DNA of 47,652 nucleotides from assembly GCA_002482715.1 (NCBI GenBank), contig DLGN01000398.1, forward strand, positions 52,432 to 100,083, written 5' to 3'. The DNA is from Oxalobacteraceae bacterium UBA7693. Its GTDB lineage: Bacteria; Pseudomonadota; Gammaproteobacteria; Burkholderiales; Burkholderiaceae_D. Shown one piece after another: positions 17,865 through 27,564 of this stretch. The notes under the pieces were generated by a model. That model saw only the letters and a list, made by a program, of their open reading frames with translations. It made no database searches and was not told the DNA's origin. The translations under genes and the position numbers were made by a program. Within the stretch, counting starts at the first letter, position 1. The number at the start of each line of letters is the position of its first letter.

Positions 17865-18773
17865 ATGTATCTCGACCCTAATGATCTGCTGTTGTTTGCG
17901 CGGGTGGTTGCAGAAACCAGCTTTAGTCGAGCTGCGGACAAGCTGAATATGCCCAAATCAACGCTATCGCGTCGCATCACCGCACTTGAAGCCCAATTAG
18001 GCGAGCGCTTACTCTTGCGTACAACCAGAAAACTCGTGGTGACTGATTTTGGTAATGCGGTTCTGGCGCATGCCCAGCAAGTGAGTTCTGAAGTCGAAGC
18101 GACACTGGCTTTAACACAGCAAAGACAGATTCAACCAAGTGGCAGATTACGAGTCTCCATGCCAGCCGACTTTGCCAATGAAACCATGACGGCCTTAATC
18201 AGCCGCTTTTTGCGCGACTATCCAGCAATCACTTTGGAACTCGATCTGTCGCCACGACGCGTGGATCTGATCGGTGAGAACTTTGATTTGGCGATACGCA
18301 TGGGCAGCCTGCCCGATGACGCCTCGCTGGCGGCAAGACGACTGGCAAAGTTTTCCGCAGCGATTTACGCTGCTCCAAGCTATCTCGAGAAGTATGGTGA
18401 ACCGCAAGAACCTGAGGCATTGATGGAGCATCAAACGCTCCGTCTACTTGCGCGCAATGGCGAGCCAGCAATGTGGCGATTAAAAAATGGAAATCAAACT
18501 TGGGAAGGTGTCCCCCCCGGCATCGCCACAGCCAACTCACCCGAAATGCTGAAGCGATTGGCCTTATCAGGTTTGGGAATTACCTTAATCTCAGAACATT
18601 TCGCCCAGTGCCATTTACACGATGGCAGTCTCATCCGCGTTTTGCCGCAATGGCACTCGCCTGAGTTTGATGCATGGGCAGTATTTCCAGGAAGGCGCTT
18701 AATGCCAGCAAGAACGCGTGTGTTTATCGACACAATGATCAAAGAATTTCAAGATGATCAAGATTTTCGATAG
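17865..18773 (+). CDS. LysR-family transcriptional regulator (CrgA/DmlR-like)
   Basis: ATG at 17865 after AGGAGA; HTH 'FARVVAETSFSRAADKLNMPKSTLSRRITALEAQLGERLLLRTTR'; divergent from azoR-pirin. Confidence 0.93.
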   Translation: MYLDPNDLLLFARVVAETSFSRAADKLNMPKSTLSRRITALEAQLGERLLLRTTRKLVVTDFGNAVLAHAQQVSSEVEATLALTQQRQIQPSGRLRVSMPADFANETMTALISRFLRDYPAITLELDLSPRRVDLIGENFDLAIRMGSLPDDASLAARRLAKFSAAIYAAPSYLEKYGEPQEPEALMEHQTLRLLARNGEPAMWRLKNGNQTWEGVPPGIATANSPEMLKRLALSGLGITLISEHFAQCHLHDGSLIRVLPQWHSPEFDAWAVFPGRRLMPARTRVFIDTMIKEFQDDQDFR

Positions 18774-18823
18774 TAAAATATTTATTTATTAATAAAATAT
18801 TGCAAAATCAAGAGAGAAGTAAG

Positions 18824-19246
18824 ATGAGATCCTTACAACCATTTCAAATCGCATGTCTATTTGGCTTACTGAGCTTACTGCCTGCGTGTGATAAGAAAAC
18901 TGAAATCCAAGACAAAAAAATGCTTCCGCAGGCAGCGCTCAGTCGCTCGGCTGAAATTGATTTCAATTTTCCGATTGAGCTTGAATTCAAGCTAGTAACG
19001 AAAGACGTGATCAAGGCAGCGCAATTATGCAAAATAGAAGGATTGAATGCTTACGAATGCAAAATAACCGTCTCCGGAAAAAGCGATGCGATCGAGCATG
19101 GTGAGGTAAATGCCAAAGCAAACGCCGTATTCTCACGAAAACAACTTGATAATCTGCTCTCCTCGATGAAAGAGAAATTTCAAACCGAGGGTAAATTAAG
19201 TTACTCAATCGGGCAAAAAAAGAACTTTGATATTAGCCCGCAATGA
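18824..19246 (+). CDS. Putative lipoprotein, paralogue 1
   Basis: Signal peptide ending in lipobox LPAC; clear similarity to the next ORF. Confidence 0.75.
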   Translation: MRSLQPFQIACLFGLLSLLPACDKKTEIQDKKMLPQAALSRSAEIDFNFPIELEFKLVTKDVIKAAQLCKIEGLNAYECKITVSGKSDAIEHGEVNAKANAVFSRKQLDNLLSSMKEKFQTEGKLSYSIGQKKNFDISPQ

Positions 19247-19270
19247 AATACTGAAACGAAGAACACGCAA

Positions 19271-19651
19271 ATGACATTAAGACTTCAATTTCAAATCGCA
19301 TGCCTAATTGGCTTGCTAAGCCTGCTATCTGCATGCAATCGAAATCATGACATCGCCAACGATGGCTTACTCTCAGAGATTGACTTCAAACGTCCTGTAG
19401 AACTAGAGTTCAAGCTAAAAACGAGAGACATGGATAAAGGAGCCAAATTATGCAAAGTCGACAGTCCACATAATTTCAAATGCACTTTAAGTCATTCCAG
19501 TAAGAACTTCTTTTCGCAAGGTGGTGAGGTACGCGTCAAAGCAAAGGCCGTGTTCTCAAAAAAAGAACTGATTGATCTGGTCAACTCAACAAAACAGAAG
19601 TACCAAACAGAAGGTAAATTCAGCTATGCTGTTGGCGGGATAATTAAATAA
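19271..19651 (+). CDS. Putative lipoprotein, paralogue 2
   Basis: Lipobox LSAC; shares FQIACL.GLLSLL, EIDF..P.ELEFKL.T.D, A.LCK, GEV..KA.AVFS.K.L and QTEGK.SY with the upstream ORF. Confidence 0.75.
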   Translation: MTLRLQFQIACLIGLLSLLSACNRNHDIANDGLLSEIDFKRPVELEFKLKTRDMDKGAKLCKVDSPHNFKCTLSHSSKNFFSQGGEVRVKAKAVFSKKELIDLVNSTKQKYQTEGKFSYAVGGIIK

Positions 19652-19673
19652 AAAATTAAGAGCATACAAATGA

Positions 19674-19707
19674 AAACGCACCGTTAAAAAAACTTAACGG
19701 TGCGTTT
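19674..19707. terminator. Intrinsic terminator-like hairpin between convergent genes
   Basis: AAACGCACCGTTAA-aaaaac-TTAACGGTGCGTTT. Confidence 0.75.
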
Positions 19708-19731
19708 GCAATTTCAATAAAACTTATATCA

Positions 19732-19862
19732 GAGACCTCTGCACAACCGTAGCGAGCGGTCGAAGTTTGGATCGAGAAGCGCACCTGTGCTTGAGCACAG
19801 CGACGTATTGGCAAAATCGCAGATTCAAAATTCGGCCGCGCAGTAGCTTATGCAGAGGTCTC
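19732..19862. mobile_element. 131-bp MITE, copy 1
   Basis: Terminal inverted repeats GAGACCTCTGCA...TGCAGAGGTCTC; flanked by direct repeat TATCA (19727-19731 and 19863-19867); second copy at 42469-42599. Confidence 0.9.
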
Positions 19863-19864
19863 TA

Positions 19865-21268
19865 TCAAAGAATAATTTTTAAAGGCTTGGTCGTCTTCCA
19901 ATCACCCCGTGTGAAATCTGGGAAGACTTGAGAGCTGCCATCTTCTTCCACCGATTTCTCACTCAATGGACCAACCGCAGACCAGAAGCAGCCTTCGTAT
20001 ACGTTTTGATCCATCGGTTCGCCCTGACGCAAACATTCAATGATTCGGTATAGCATTAAGAAATCCATGCCACCGTGCCCGCCCATTTTCTTTGCCAACT
20101 CGCCCATACGCAGGTACAGCGGATGCTCATATTTCGCAGCGATCGCTTCCCACTCCTTACCTTCAGCCCACTTGTGATAATTGCTGGTAATACCTTCGAC
20201 TGAGATGCGGTTAGGGAAGCCAGCCAACACACCATTCACACCCCAAATCGTATTGTGACGCGAATACGGACGCGGCGTGGTTTCATCCCACTGCACCATA
20301 ATCGTTCTACCCAAGGCCGTTTTGATAATCGATGTATTGAGATCGCCACCTTTGAAATCGAGTTCTTTAAATTTCGGTGAGGTCAGTTTCGTCGATTTCT
20401 GCGCGTACGCTGCGCGGCCTTTCGCTGGTGAAGAGAAAGAAGTAATACGACCAAAATTATCTTCACCGCGCGCTAAGTTCATGTATTGGGCAACAGGACC
20501 TAAACCATGCGTAGGATAAAGATTGCCGTTGCGTTTAGCGTATTCAAACGTGCGCCATGAGCCAGTCGAATCACCATTTTCCATTTGGAAGCGCAAGGCG
20601 TGAATATACGATGCTTCTCCATGTAGCAGATCGCCCAGCACGCCTTGTCTTACCATGTTCAAGTACAGCAATTCTTCTCGTCCATAATTGACGTTTTCCA
20701 TCATCATGCAGTGGCGGCCTGTCGCTTCAGATGCATCAACGATATCCCACATTTCTTGTAAGGTCGTGGCGATCGGTACTTCAACAAAAGCATGTGCCCC
20801 CGCATGCATGGATGCGATTGCCATCGGTGCATGTGAACTCCAAGGCGTATTGATGAAAACGGCATCTGGTTTCGTTTCGGCGAGCATGGTGCGCCAGCCG
20901 TTTTCATCACCAAAATAAACTTTCGGCGTATGGCCAGATTTACCCACTACTGCCGCAGATTTTTTGGCACGTGTTTCGACCAAATCGCAAATACCAACGA
21001 ACTGCACACCCTCAATCGCTGCCAATTGTGCAGCATGACCTGAACCGCGCGCACCAACACCAATAATCGCGACCTTCACTTTACTCAATTTCGGGGCGAC
21101 AAAATCGCCCATGTACTTTGCACCAACTGGACGCTTTGCAGTGTTGGTGCTTGCTTGTGCACCCGTTTGTGCTGCGGCTTGTAAGCTAGTTAAACTGGCG
21201 AGACCTGCAGTCAAACCACTGAAGGCTTGCAAAAAACCGCGGCGGGCAGGCTTGAGAGAAGATGTCAT
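19865..21268 (-). CDS. Tat-exported Gfo/Idh/MocA-fold glycoside hydrolase family 109 (alpha-N-acetylgalactosaminidase-like)
   Basis: Twin-arginine signal ARRGFLQ; Rossmann GVGARG; 'HCMMMENVNYGREEL', 'NGNLYPTHGLGPVAQYM', 'GGHGGMD'. Confidence 0.85.
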   Translation of the reverse strand: MTSSLKPARRGFLQAFSGLTAGLASLTSLQAAAQTGAQASTNTAKRPVGAKYMGDFVAPKLSKVKVAIIGVGARGSGHAAQLAAIEGVQFVGICDLVETRAKKSAAVVGKSGHTPKVYFGDENGWRTMLAETKPDAVFINTPWSSHAPMAIASMHAGAHAFVEVPIATTLQEMWDIVDASEATGRHCMMMENVNYGREELLYLNMVRQGVLGDLLHGEASYIHALRFQMENGDSTGSWRTFEYAKRNGNLYPTHGLGPVAQYMNLARGEDNFGRITSFSSPAKGRAAYAQKSTKLTSPKFKELDFKGGDLNTSIIKTALGRTIMVQWDETTPRPYSRHNTIWGVNGVLAGFPNRISVEGITSNYHKWAEGKEWEAIAAKYEHPLYLRMGELAKKMGGHGGMDFLMLYRIIECLRQGEPMDQNVYEGCFWSAVGPLSEKSVEEDGSSQVFPDFTRGDWKTTKPLKIIL

Positions 21269-21497
21269 AGTCCAAATCCTATTTCTATGTGCAGCTGTAA
21301 ATGTCAATTACATGCAGAGGTCAACAAAAGATATAAAGCAAAATAAATCGTACGCAGCAAATTCTACCGAAACCTGTGCCACATAACAGCGATTAATATT
21401 CAAGGCTACCTTTAGTTAAATTTAAGGAGCGGCATGTCCTCGAGCTTTAGCGATTGTGCTAGGCTGTACCCTATCTTCAGCCCTCTTACAATTGACC

Positions 21498-21911
21498 ATG
21501 CCACAACTCAACGTTCAACAGCTACAAGATTTTCTGCGCACAGATTTCCCACAAAGTAGTGTGGTGGTTGAATCAATTTCAGAACGGGGAGCATGTGTAC
21601 GACAAACCATTAATACCAGTCATTTGCGCCCTGGTGGCACGGTCTCTGGCCCAGTATTAATGGCAGTAGCAGATATCGCGATGTACGTCGCCCTGCTGGC
21701 AGAAATTGGTATTGTGCCGCTAGCAGTGACCACCAATCTAAGCATCCATTTTTTGCGCAAACCTAGCGCAGATAAAGACATTCTCGCGCATTGTCAGTTG
21801 TTGAAAATCGGTAAAAATCTGGCCGTGGGCGAAGTCACTTTGTATTCGGATGGGTGCGAAGATGCCGTCGCCCATGTGGTAGCGACTTATGCGATACCAC
21901 CGCGCGCTTGA
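21498..21911 (+). CDS. PaaI family thioesterase (hotdog fold)
   Basis: 'HLRPGGTVSGPVLMAVADIAMY', 'AVTTNLSIHFLRKP'; likely ATG at 21498. Confidence 0.9.
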   Translation: MPQLNVQQLQDFLRTDFPQSSVVVESISERGACVRQTINTSHLRPGGTVSGPVLMAVADIAMYVALLAEIGIVPLAVTTNLSIHFLRKPSADKDILAHCQLLKIGKNLAVGEVTLYSDGCEDAVAHVVATYAIPPRA

Positions 21912-22131
21912 ACTTATTGGCAATTGAGTCGAACGATCAGCGCCAGGCAATGAAAGATCCGCGGAATAAAACATCACTCAGCTTTTAAAAATAGTCACAT
22001 AGTATTTTCATTGATGCTAATCATTTATATCAATGCCTTAGATTGCTTTTGACAAGCGTGTGACAAGTTCGTATGCTTCGCTAGCCACGAAATTATTCAT
22101 GGTGATTTTATAAATTTCTTATTGCTACAGA

Positions 22132-22863
22132 ATGACACTCCGCCGCATTACCTCCACTTGTTTGTTCAGTTTTTTAAGTATCGCAAACATCGCGATGGCC
22201 GCGGAACCACTGAAGCTTTTATACGAAATTCGCGATCCAATTTCTTACCGAGATTCGCGCGGAAAAATAACTGGCTTAGTCATCACGCCTACCGCACAAG
22301 CGATGCAAAATGCCGGCATTTCTTACGTATGGGTAGAGACACCGTTTAAGCGACAATTAAATGTAATCGAAGCAAATGATGAAGCTGTCTGTGCAGTTGG
22401 TATGTTTAAAAACAAAGATCGACAAAAATATGCCAAGTTCAGTCATGCAATTTTTCATGACACAGATCGCCCATCGGTCATCCTTGCGCACAAAGATTTT
22501 CAACCCGAAAAATCAATCGATCTGCTACGGACACTTAGCCTGCCTGGTATCAAGATGCTGAAGAAAGACGCAGCCTCGTACGGAACCGTGATTGATGATG
22601 CGATAGAACGCTCTCGCGTTGCCATTGTCAGCACCACCGCAGAATCATTGAACATGGCGAAAATGCTGGTCGCCAGACGTGCAGATTTTATCTTCGTACC
22701 TGAAGATGAAGCGCTCAATATGATAAAAACTATACCCGGTGGCGAACAACTACATATTTTCAAACCGCTCGGCATGCCGCAAGGTCCTGAACGCTTTTTG
22801 ATGTGCAGCCAGCAAGTTCCCGATGAACTGATTCAACGATTTAATAAAGCACTCATCAAATAA
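22132..22863 (+). CDS. Orphan periplasmic substrate-binding protein (family 3-like)
   Basis: Signal peptide (AMA-AE); 'PFKRQL', 'KMLVARRADF', 'IQRFNKAL'; no adjacent permease or ATPase. Confidence 0.8.
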   Translation: MTLRRITSTCLFSFLSIANIAMAAEPLKLLYEIRDPISYRDSRGKITGLVITPTAQAMQNAGISYVWVETPFKRQLNVIEANDEAVCAVGMFKNKDRQKYAKFSHAIFHDTDRPSVILAHKDFQPEKSIDLLRTLSLPGIKMLKKDAASYGTVIDDAIERSRVAIVSTTAESLNMAKMLVARRADFIFVPEDEALNMIKTIPGGEQLHIFKPLGMPQGPERFLMCSQQVPDELIQRFNKALIK

Positions 22864-22883
22864 ACAGAAAAGGCAGGCGCATC

Positions 22884-23291
22884 ATGGTCAGACAACGCAT
22901 TAGCTCTGGTTCTAGCTTTGAAGAAAAAATCGCCTACTCGCGTGCCCTTGTTCATGGTGACTGGGTGTTCGTCGCTGGCACCACTGGTTTTGATTACAGC
23001 AACATGACGATTGCTGATGATATTTGTACACAAACCGATCAATGCTTAAAGAATATTTGCGCAGCACTTGCACAAGCTGACGCCAGCTTAGCCGATGTCG
23101 TGCGGGTGAATTACGTAGTGCCAGACGCGAGTGAATTTGAATTATGCTGGCCTGTGCTGCGTGAGTATTTTGGTGAGATTCGTCCAGCTGCCATGATGAT
23201 TTCAGCCGGCTTAGCAGATCCCCGTATGAAAATCGAAATTGAAGTGACCGCGATTAAGCAATCAGCAAAACAGGTCGCAAACCCGATTTAA
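22884..23291 (+). CDS. RidA/YjgF family protein
   Basis: 'ISSGSSFEEKIAYSRA', 'VAGTTG', 'RPAAMMISAGLADPRMKIEIEVTA'. Confidence 0.92.
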   Translation: MVRQRISSGSSFEEKIAYSRALVHGDWVFVAGTTGFDYSNMTIADDICTQTDQCLKNICAALAQADASLADVVRVNYVVPDASEFELCWPVLREYFGEIRPAAMMISAGLADPRMKIEIEVTAIKQSAKQVANPI

Positions 23292-23301
23292 TGACATAAA
23301 A

Positions 23302-23331
23302 AAGTGCAGCGCGATAGAACCGGCTGCACTT
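23302..23331 (-). terminator. Putative terminator hairpin between convergent ridA and clpP-like genes
   Basis: AAGTGCAGC-N12-GCTGCACTT preceded by an A-run (U-tract on the minus strand). Confidence 0.55.
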
Positions 23332-23394
23332 CATTATTATGCGTGATCGACTAAGCGCATGATCACTTAATACAGCTCACCTAATGCACAATCA

Positions 23395-23976
23395 CTAAGC
23401 GTCCAACTCGCTCTGTTGCACGATAATCCGAGAGACTAAACCGTATTCCTTCGCTTCCACCGCGCTCATCCAATAATCACGTTCGATATCATTGGTCACA
23501 CGCTCTAAAGTCTGACCAGATTCTTTAGCGATCAAGGCAGCGATCCGTTCACGAATCTTCACAATTTCACGCGCCTGAATGGCGATATCAGTTGCTTGTC
23601 CACCAGCGCCACCGCTAGGTTGGTGAATTAAGAAACGAGTATTTGGCAAACAGACGCGATGTTGTTTCGGCACGGCCAAAAACACATTCACCGCGGCACT
23701 GCCTACCCATCCAGTACCAACTACACGCACTGGTGCATTGATAAAACGGATCATATCGTGAATCACATCACCCGATTCAACGTGGCCACCTGGAGAAGAT
23801 ACCAGTAAAGTAATTGGCGCATTGGATTCCGCAGACAGCGCGATCAAGCGTTTACTGACTTCGGCGGCCAATTTATCGTTAATCGTACCAAACACCAAAA
23901 CGGTGCGGGATTTGAAGGCCTTTTCTTCCAAAAACGGACTTGCGGCTTCAGCTTGCTTCTCTTTTTCTTCGGACAT
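23395..23976 (-). CDS. clpP: ATP-dependent Clp protease proteolytic subunit, stand-alone paralogue
   Basis: 'SSPGGHV', Ser in 'WVGSAA', His in 'FLIHQPSGG', Asp in 'DIERDYWMSAVEAKEYGLV'; likely ATG at 23976. Confidence 0.88.
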   Translation of the reverse strand: MSEEKEKQAEAASPFLEEKAFKSRTVLVFGTINDKLAAEVSKRLIALSAESNAPITLLVSSPGGHVESGDVIHDMIRFINAPVRVVGTGWVGSAAVNVFLAVPKQHRVCLPNTRFLIHQPSGGAGGQATDIAIQAREIVKIRERIAALIAKESGQTLERVTNDIERDYWMSAVEAKEYGLVSRIIVQQSELDA

Positions 23977-24112
23977 AATTACTTTCTTATTCAACAAATT
24001 AAACAAATTTTAGGCATTCAACAAAACTCAAGTCGCTACAGGCGTTTAGCACGCGACTGCAAGATTTGCGTAAAACCGACATGCTACTCGATTTCTCCAC
24101 ATTTGCGCTGCA

Positions 24113-27100
24113 CTAAGAGGCGTAAAGCAACGCTGGCTTGAGCGACAACCACGCTCGTTCAGTTTGCCATTGCTCAGCCCACGCCATAAATTGATCAGCA
24201 GGCATAGGACGTGCAATGCCATAACCTTGTGCGAGATGACATCCTAATGCCATCAAGGCAGCACCGTGCTCTAAAGTTTCTACCCCCTCTGCAATCACTT
24301 CTCGATGAAACGCATTGGCAAGTCGAATCACCCCTTCGACGATCCCTAAATCCTCTGCGTCATGCAGCATATCGCGCACAAAACTTTGGTCGATCTTTAA
24401 AGTGTCGATCGGTAATTTACGCAAATAAGTCAATGACGAATAGCCAGTGCCAAAATCATCCAAAGAAAAATGCACACCCAAACGGCGACAACTTTCTAGA
24501 ATCTCAACCGCTTGTTCAATATCAACGATCGCTGCGGTCTCTAGTACCTCAAGCTCGAAACAATCGGGCGCAATATCTGGGTGCTGAGATAAGGCAAACG
24601 CTAAATGGGCACTAAAATCTTTTTGTATTAAATGATCAGCGCTAATATTCACACTGATACATAGCGGCAAACCTTGTTGATGCCAAATCTCGCCTTGCGC
24701 TAAAGCTTCTTGTATCACCCATTCGCCCAACTTCTGGTCAAGCGGACTACCATGAATGTAGGATAAAAATTCGGCTGGTGATAACAAACCGCGCTCTGGG
24801 TGCTTCCAACGAATTAATGCTTCAGCACCAACGATGCGCCCATCACGCAGGTCAACCTTAGGTTGGTAGTACAGAACGAATTCACGATTGATCAGGGCGA
24901 TATTTAGTAGCTCAAGAAAACTACGATGTAACTGCGCTTTCCTGTCGCTTTCTGGATCAAATAAATGATAGCGATTTTTTCCTGCATTCTTCGCCACATA
25001 CATCGCCTGATCGGCATGCCGCATTAAACTATCTGCATCGGCATTATCATCGGGGAACAAGCTCACGCCGATACTTGCCGACACTTGTAACACGATCTCA
25101 TCAACTCGAACTGAATGACTCGCTGCCAGTAAAATTCTATCTAAAACTTGCATACATTCCAGCGAGTTTTTGATATCCGAAAGCAGAATCACGAATTCAT
25201 CACCACCCATGCGCGCCAAGGTATCGTTCGCGCGCAATACATTACGTAAGTGTCCGGTCACACCAATCAATAATTGATCGCCAATATGATGGCCATACTG
25301 ATCATTGACCGACTTAAATCCATCTAAATCCAAAAAGCAAACCGCCAACAAACTCTGCTCTCGCTGAGCGCGAATCAAGGCTTGTCCCAGACGATCATTC
25401 AGCAAACGACGATTAGGCAAACCCGTTAAGGTGTCGTAATGCGCAATCTTATCTAACTCGTCTTCATGCGCTTTTAATTGCGTGATGTCGGAAAAAACAC
25501 CAATGTAATGCAGCACCGTTCCAAATTCATCGCGCACCGCAGAAATCGATAAAAGCTCAATAAATTCTTCACCAGACTTGCGCCGATTCCAAATTTCACC
25601 ACGCCAAAAATCATTCTTAATTAAATCACGCCACAGATGTCGATAAAATTCTTCGGCATGCCGCCCTGACGACAATAGCTTAGGACTTTGGCCGACGACT
25701 TCATCTTCACGATAGCCAGTAATACGGGTGAAAGCAGGATTGACTTTGCTAATAGCACCATGCGTATCCACCATCATGATGCCTTCATAGCTACTAGAGA
25801 AAACGGTCGCTGCGTCACGCTGTGCTTGCTCCAATACTTTCCGCTCTGCGATATCGGTATGTGTACCCGACATACGCATTGGTGTACCGTCAGCATCCCA
25901 TTCAACCACGCGCCCCCGAGTCAAAATCCAGCGCCATTCACCTGATTTGGTCATGCAACGAAGCTCTAATTCGTGCAAAGGACTCTGTCCTGCCAAATGT
26001 CTTTGTATAGACGCTTGTGCCTTCGCATAATCAAGTGGATGAATAAACCGCTCCCATTTATCAGGCGAGACTGTCATTTCACCAGGCGCATAACCAAGCA
26101 TGGTTTCCCAGCGTGCGCTGACTTCAAATTCATTGGTTTTCAAATTCCAATCCCAGTAGCCCTGATCAGTTCCTTCTAACACCCGTGCTAATTGTTTTTC
26201 ACGTTCCAACAAAGCGTTCTGTGCCAGATGTACTTCGCTTAAATCGCGACCAAACGCCATATAACGACCATCAGGTAAACGTTTGGTAATCATTTCTACC
26301 TGTACCAGACTGCCGTCTTGACGCAACAATGGCCAATCACGACGGATGAATTTTTCAACTGCCAGCTGTTGCAGATGCGCGTCGAGTTTCAATTTGGTCT
26401 CGTCATCTAGCAGATCAGGGATCTTCATCGCTTGCAATTGCGCCAGACTATGTCCGGTCAATTTACATGCCGATGGATTGGCAAAGATGAATTTTCCGTC
26501 GGCATTGGTGATCCATATCGCATCTCCAGCTTCTTGTAAAACCAAATGCAAATCCTCTTCAATTCTTCTACTTTCGGAAATCTCATGCGATATTCCAAAG
26601 ACACCACACACTTCACCATGTTCATCCAGCAAAGGACCTTTGGTGGCCAGAAACACCAATTTTTTTCCTGTTGATGTCGTTAAATAGGCTTCATGTTTTT
26701 GCTGATGGCCATCTGTCAGAATTCTCTGATCATTACCGACGACGAATTGCGCTGAGGTCTGCTCAAATAACTCGCTATCATGCGCCCCCAGTATTTCTTC
26801 TATCGGTTTTTCTAAATAATTAGCGGTGGCTTGATTCACCATGACATAGCGGCCTTGCAAATCCTTAACATAAACAGCGTCTGAAGTTCCCGAGACAATC
26901 GCGTCCAGCAAGCGCCGATGTTTTTCATCTTTCGCGATGGCATGTTGTAATAACTCGCTCAAAATACTGACAGCGCAACCATTGACGATGAAGATCAGTA
27001 GTCGAAATAATTCAGTTGAGTTGCGATTCCCAAAACCACCTATCGGTTCGAATGCGTAAAAATAGACCGCCGCAGCAGCAAGAGTGGTCGATAGCAAGCC

Positions 27101-27526
27101 TGGCCACAATCCACCTAACATTGAGCTCAAGACGATAGGAAAGATAAATAAGATGAGCATAGGCTCACCATGCATGCCGATCGCGACCGTCTGATGAAGG
27201 ACAAACATGCCAAAAGTGAGGGCCAAGGTCAAACCATAGATTAACCAAGGTGAGCGGCGTCTGGAATGTCTGCTGTCCGCCAAAATATTGAGCAAACCCG
27301 TCGTACGCTGATCGTGCGGTGCGGGCACTGCATGCATCGCGACATAAAATAAAGTGGTCGTTGCCGCCACAAAAAACACGCCTTTAACTGTCGACAGCCA
27401 GATCATCGAACTGAGATCCGTAAACAAGGCGAGTAATTGATCCGATAAAAATATCCATGCCAATGCGAACACCGCATAAATACAAGTAGCAAGTAAAATA
27501 TAGCGTTGACGTGTTAAGCCAAACAT
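24113..27526 (-). CDS. Membrane-bound multi-PAS diguanylate cyclase/phosphodiesterase (GGDEF-EAL)
   Basis: N-terminal TM segments (DUF4118-like), four PAS-like repeats, RAND I-site plus MGGDEF, AEALIRW, DDFGTGYSSL. Confidence 0.93.
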   Translation of the reverse strand: MFGLTRQRYILLATCIYAVFALAWIFLSDQLLALFTDLSSMIWLSTVKGVFFVAATTTLFYVAMHAVPAPHDQRTTGLLNILADSRHSRRRSPWLIYGLTLALTFGMFVLHQTVAIGMHGEPMLILFIFPIVLSSMLGGLWPGLLSTTLAAAAVYFYAFEPIGGFGNRNSTELFRLLIFIVNGCAVSILSELLQHAIAKDEKHRRLLDAIVSGTSDAVYVKDLQGRYVMVNQATANYLEKPIEEILGAHDSELFEQTSAQFVVGNDQRILTDGHQQKHEAYLTTSTGKKLVFLATKGPLLDEHGEVCGVFGISHEISESRRIEEDLHLVLQEAGDAIWITNADGKFIFANPSACKLTGHSLAQLQAMKIPDLLDDETKLKLDAHLQQLAVEKFIRRDWPLLRQDGSLVQVEMITKRLPDGRYMAFGRDLSEVHLAQNALLEREKQLARVLEGTDQGYWDWNLKTNEFEVSARWETMLGYAPGEMTVSPDKWERFIHPLDYAKAQASIQRHLAGQSPLHELELRCMTKSGEWRWILTRGRVVEWDADGTPMRMSGTHTDIAERKVLEQAQRDAATVFSSSYEGIMMVDTHGAISKVNPAFTRITGYREDEVVGQSPKLLSSGRHAEEFYRHLWRDLIKNDFWRGEIWNRRKSGEEFIELLSISAVRDEFGTVLHYIGVFSDITQLKAHEDELDKIAHYDTLTGLPNRRLLNDRLGQALIRAQREQSLLAVCFLDLDGFKSVNDQYGHHIGDQLLIGVTGHLRNVLRANDTLARMGGDEFVILLSDIKNSLECMQVLDRILLAASHSVRVDEIVLQVSASIGVSLFPDDNADADSLMRHADQAMYVAKNAGKNRYHLFDPESDRKAQLHRSFLELLNIALINREFVLYYQPKVDLRDGRIVGAEALIRWKHPERGLLSPAEFLSYIHGSPLDQKLGEWVIQEALAQGEIWHQQGLPLCISVNISADHLIQKDFSAHLAFALSQHPDIAPDCFELEVLETAAIVDIEQAVEILESCRRLGVHFSLDDFGTGYSSLTYLRKLPIDTLKIDQSFVRDMLHDAEDLGIVEGVIRLANAFHREVIAEGVETLEHGAALMALGCHLAQGYGIARPMPADQFMAWAEQWQTERAWLSLKPALLYAS

Positions 27527-27564
27527 AGCCTTTTATCCCGTAGAAGCCATAGCGGCATTGATGC

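Noticed and set aside
19732-19862. Riboswitch, tRNA or CRISPR repeat
   Set aside because: TIRs and distinct 5-bp target duplications indicate a MITE; it lies at gene 3' ends, has no cloverleaf and no repeat-spacer array.
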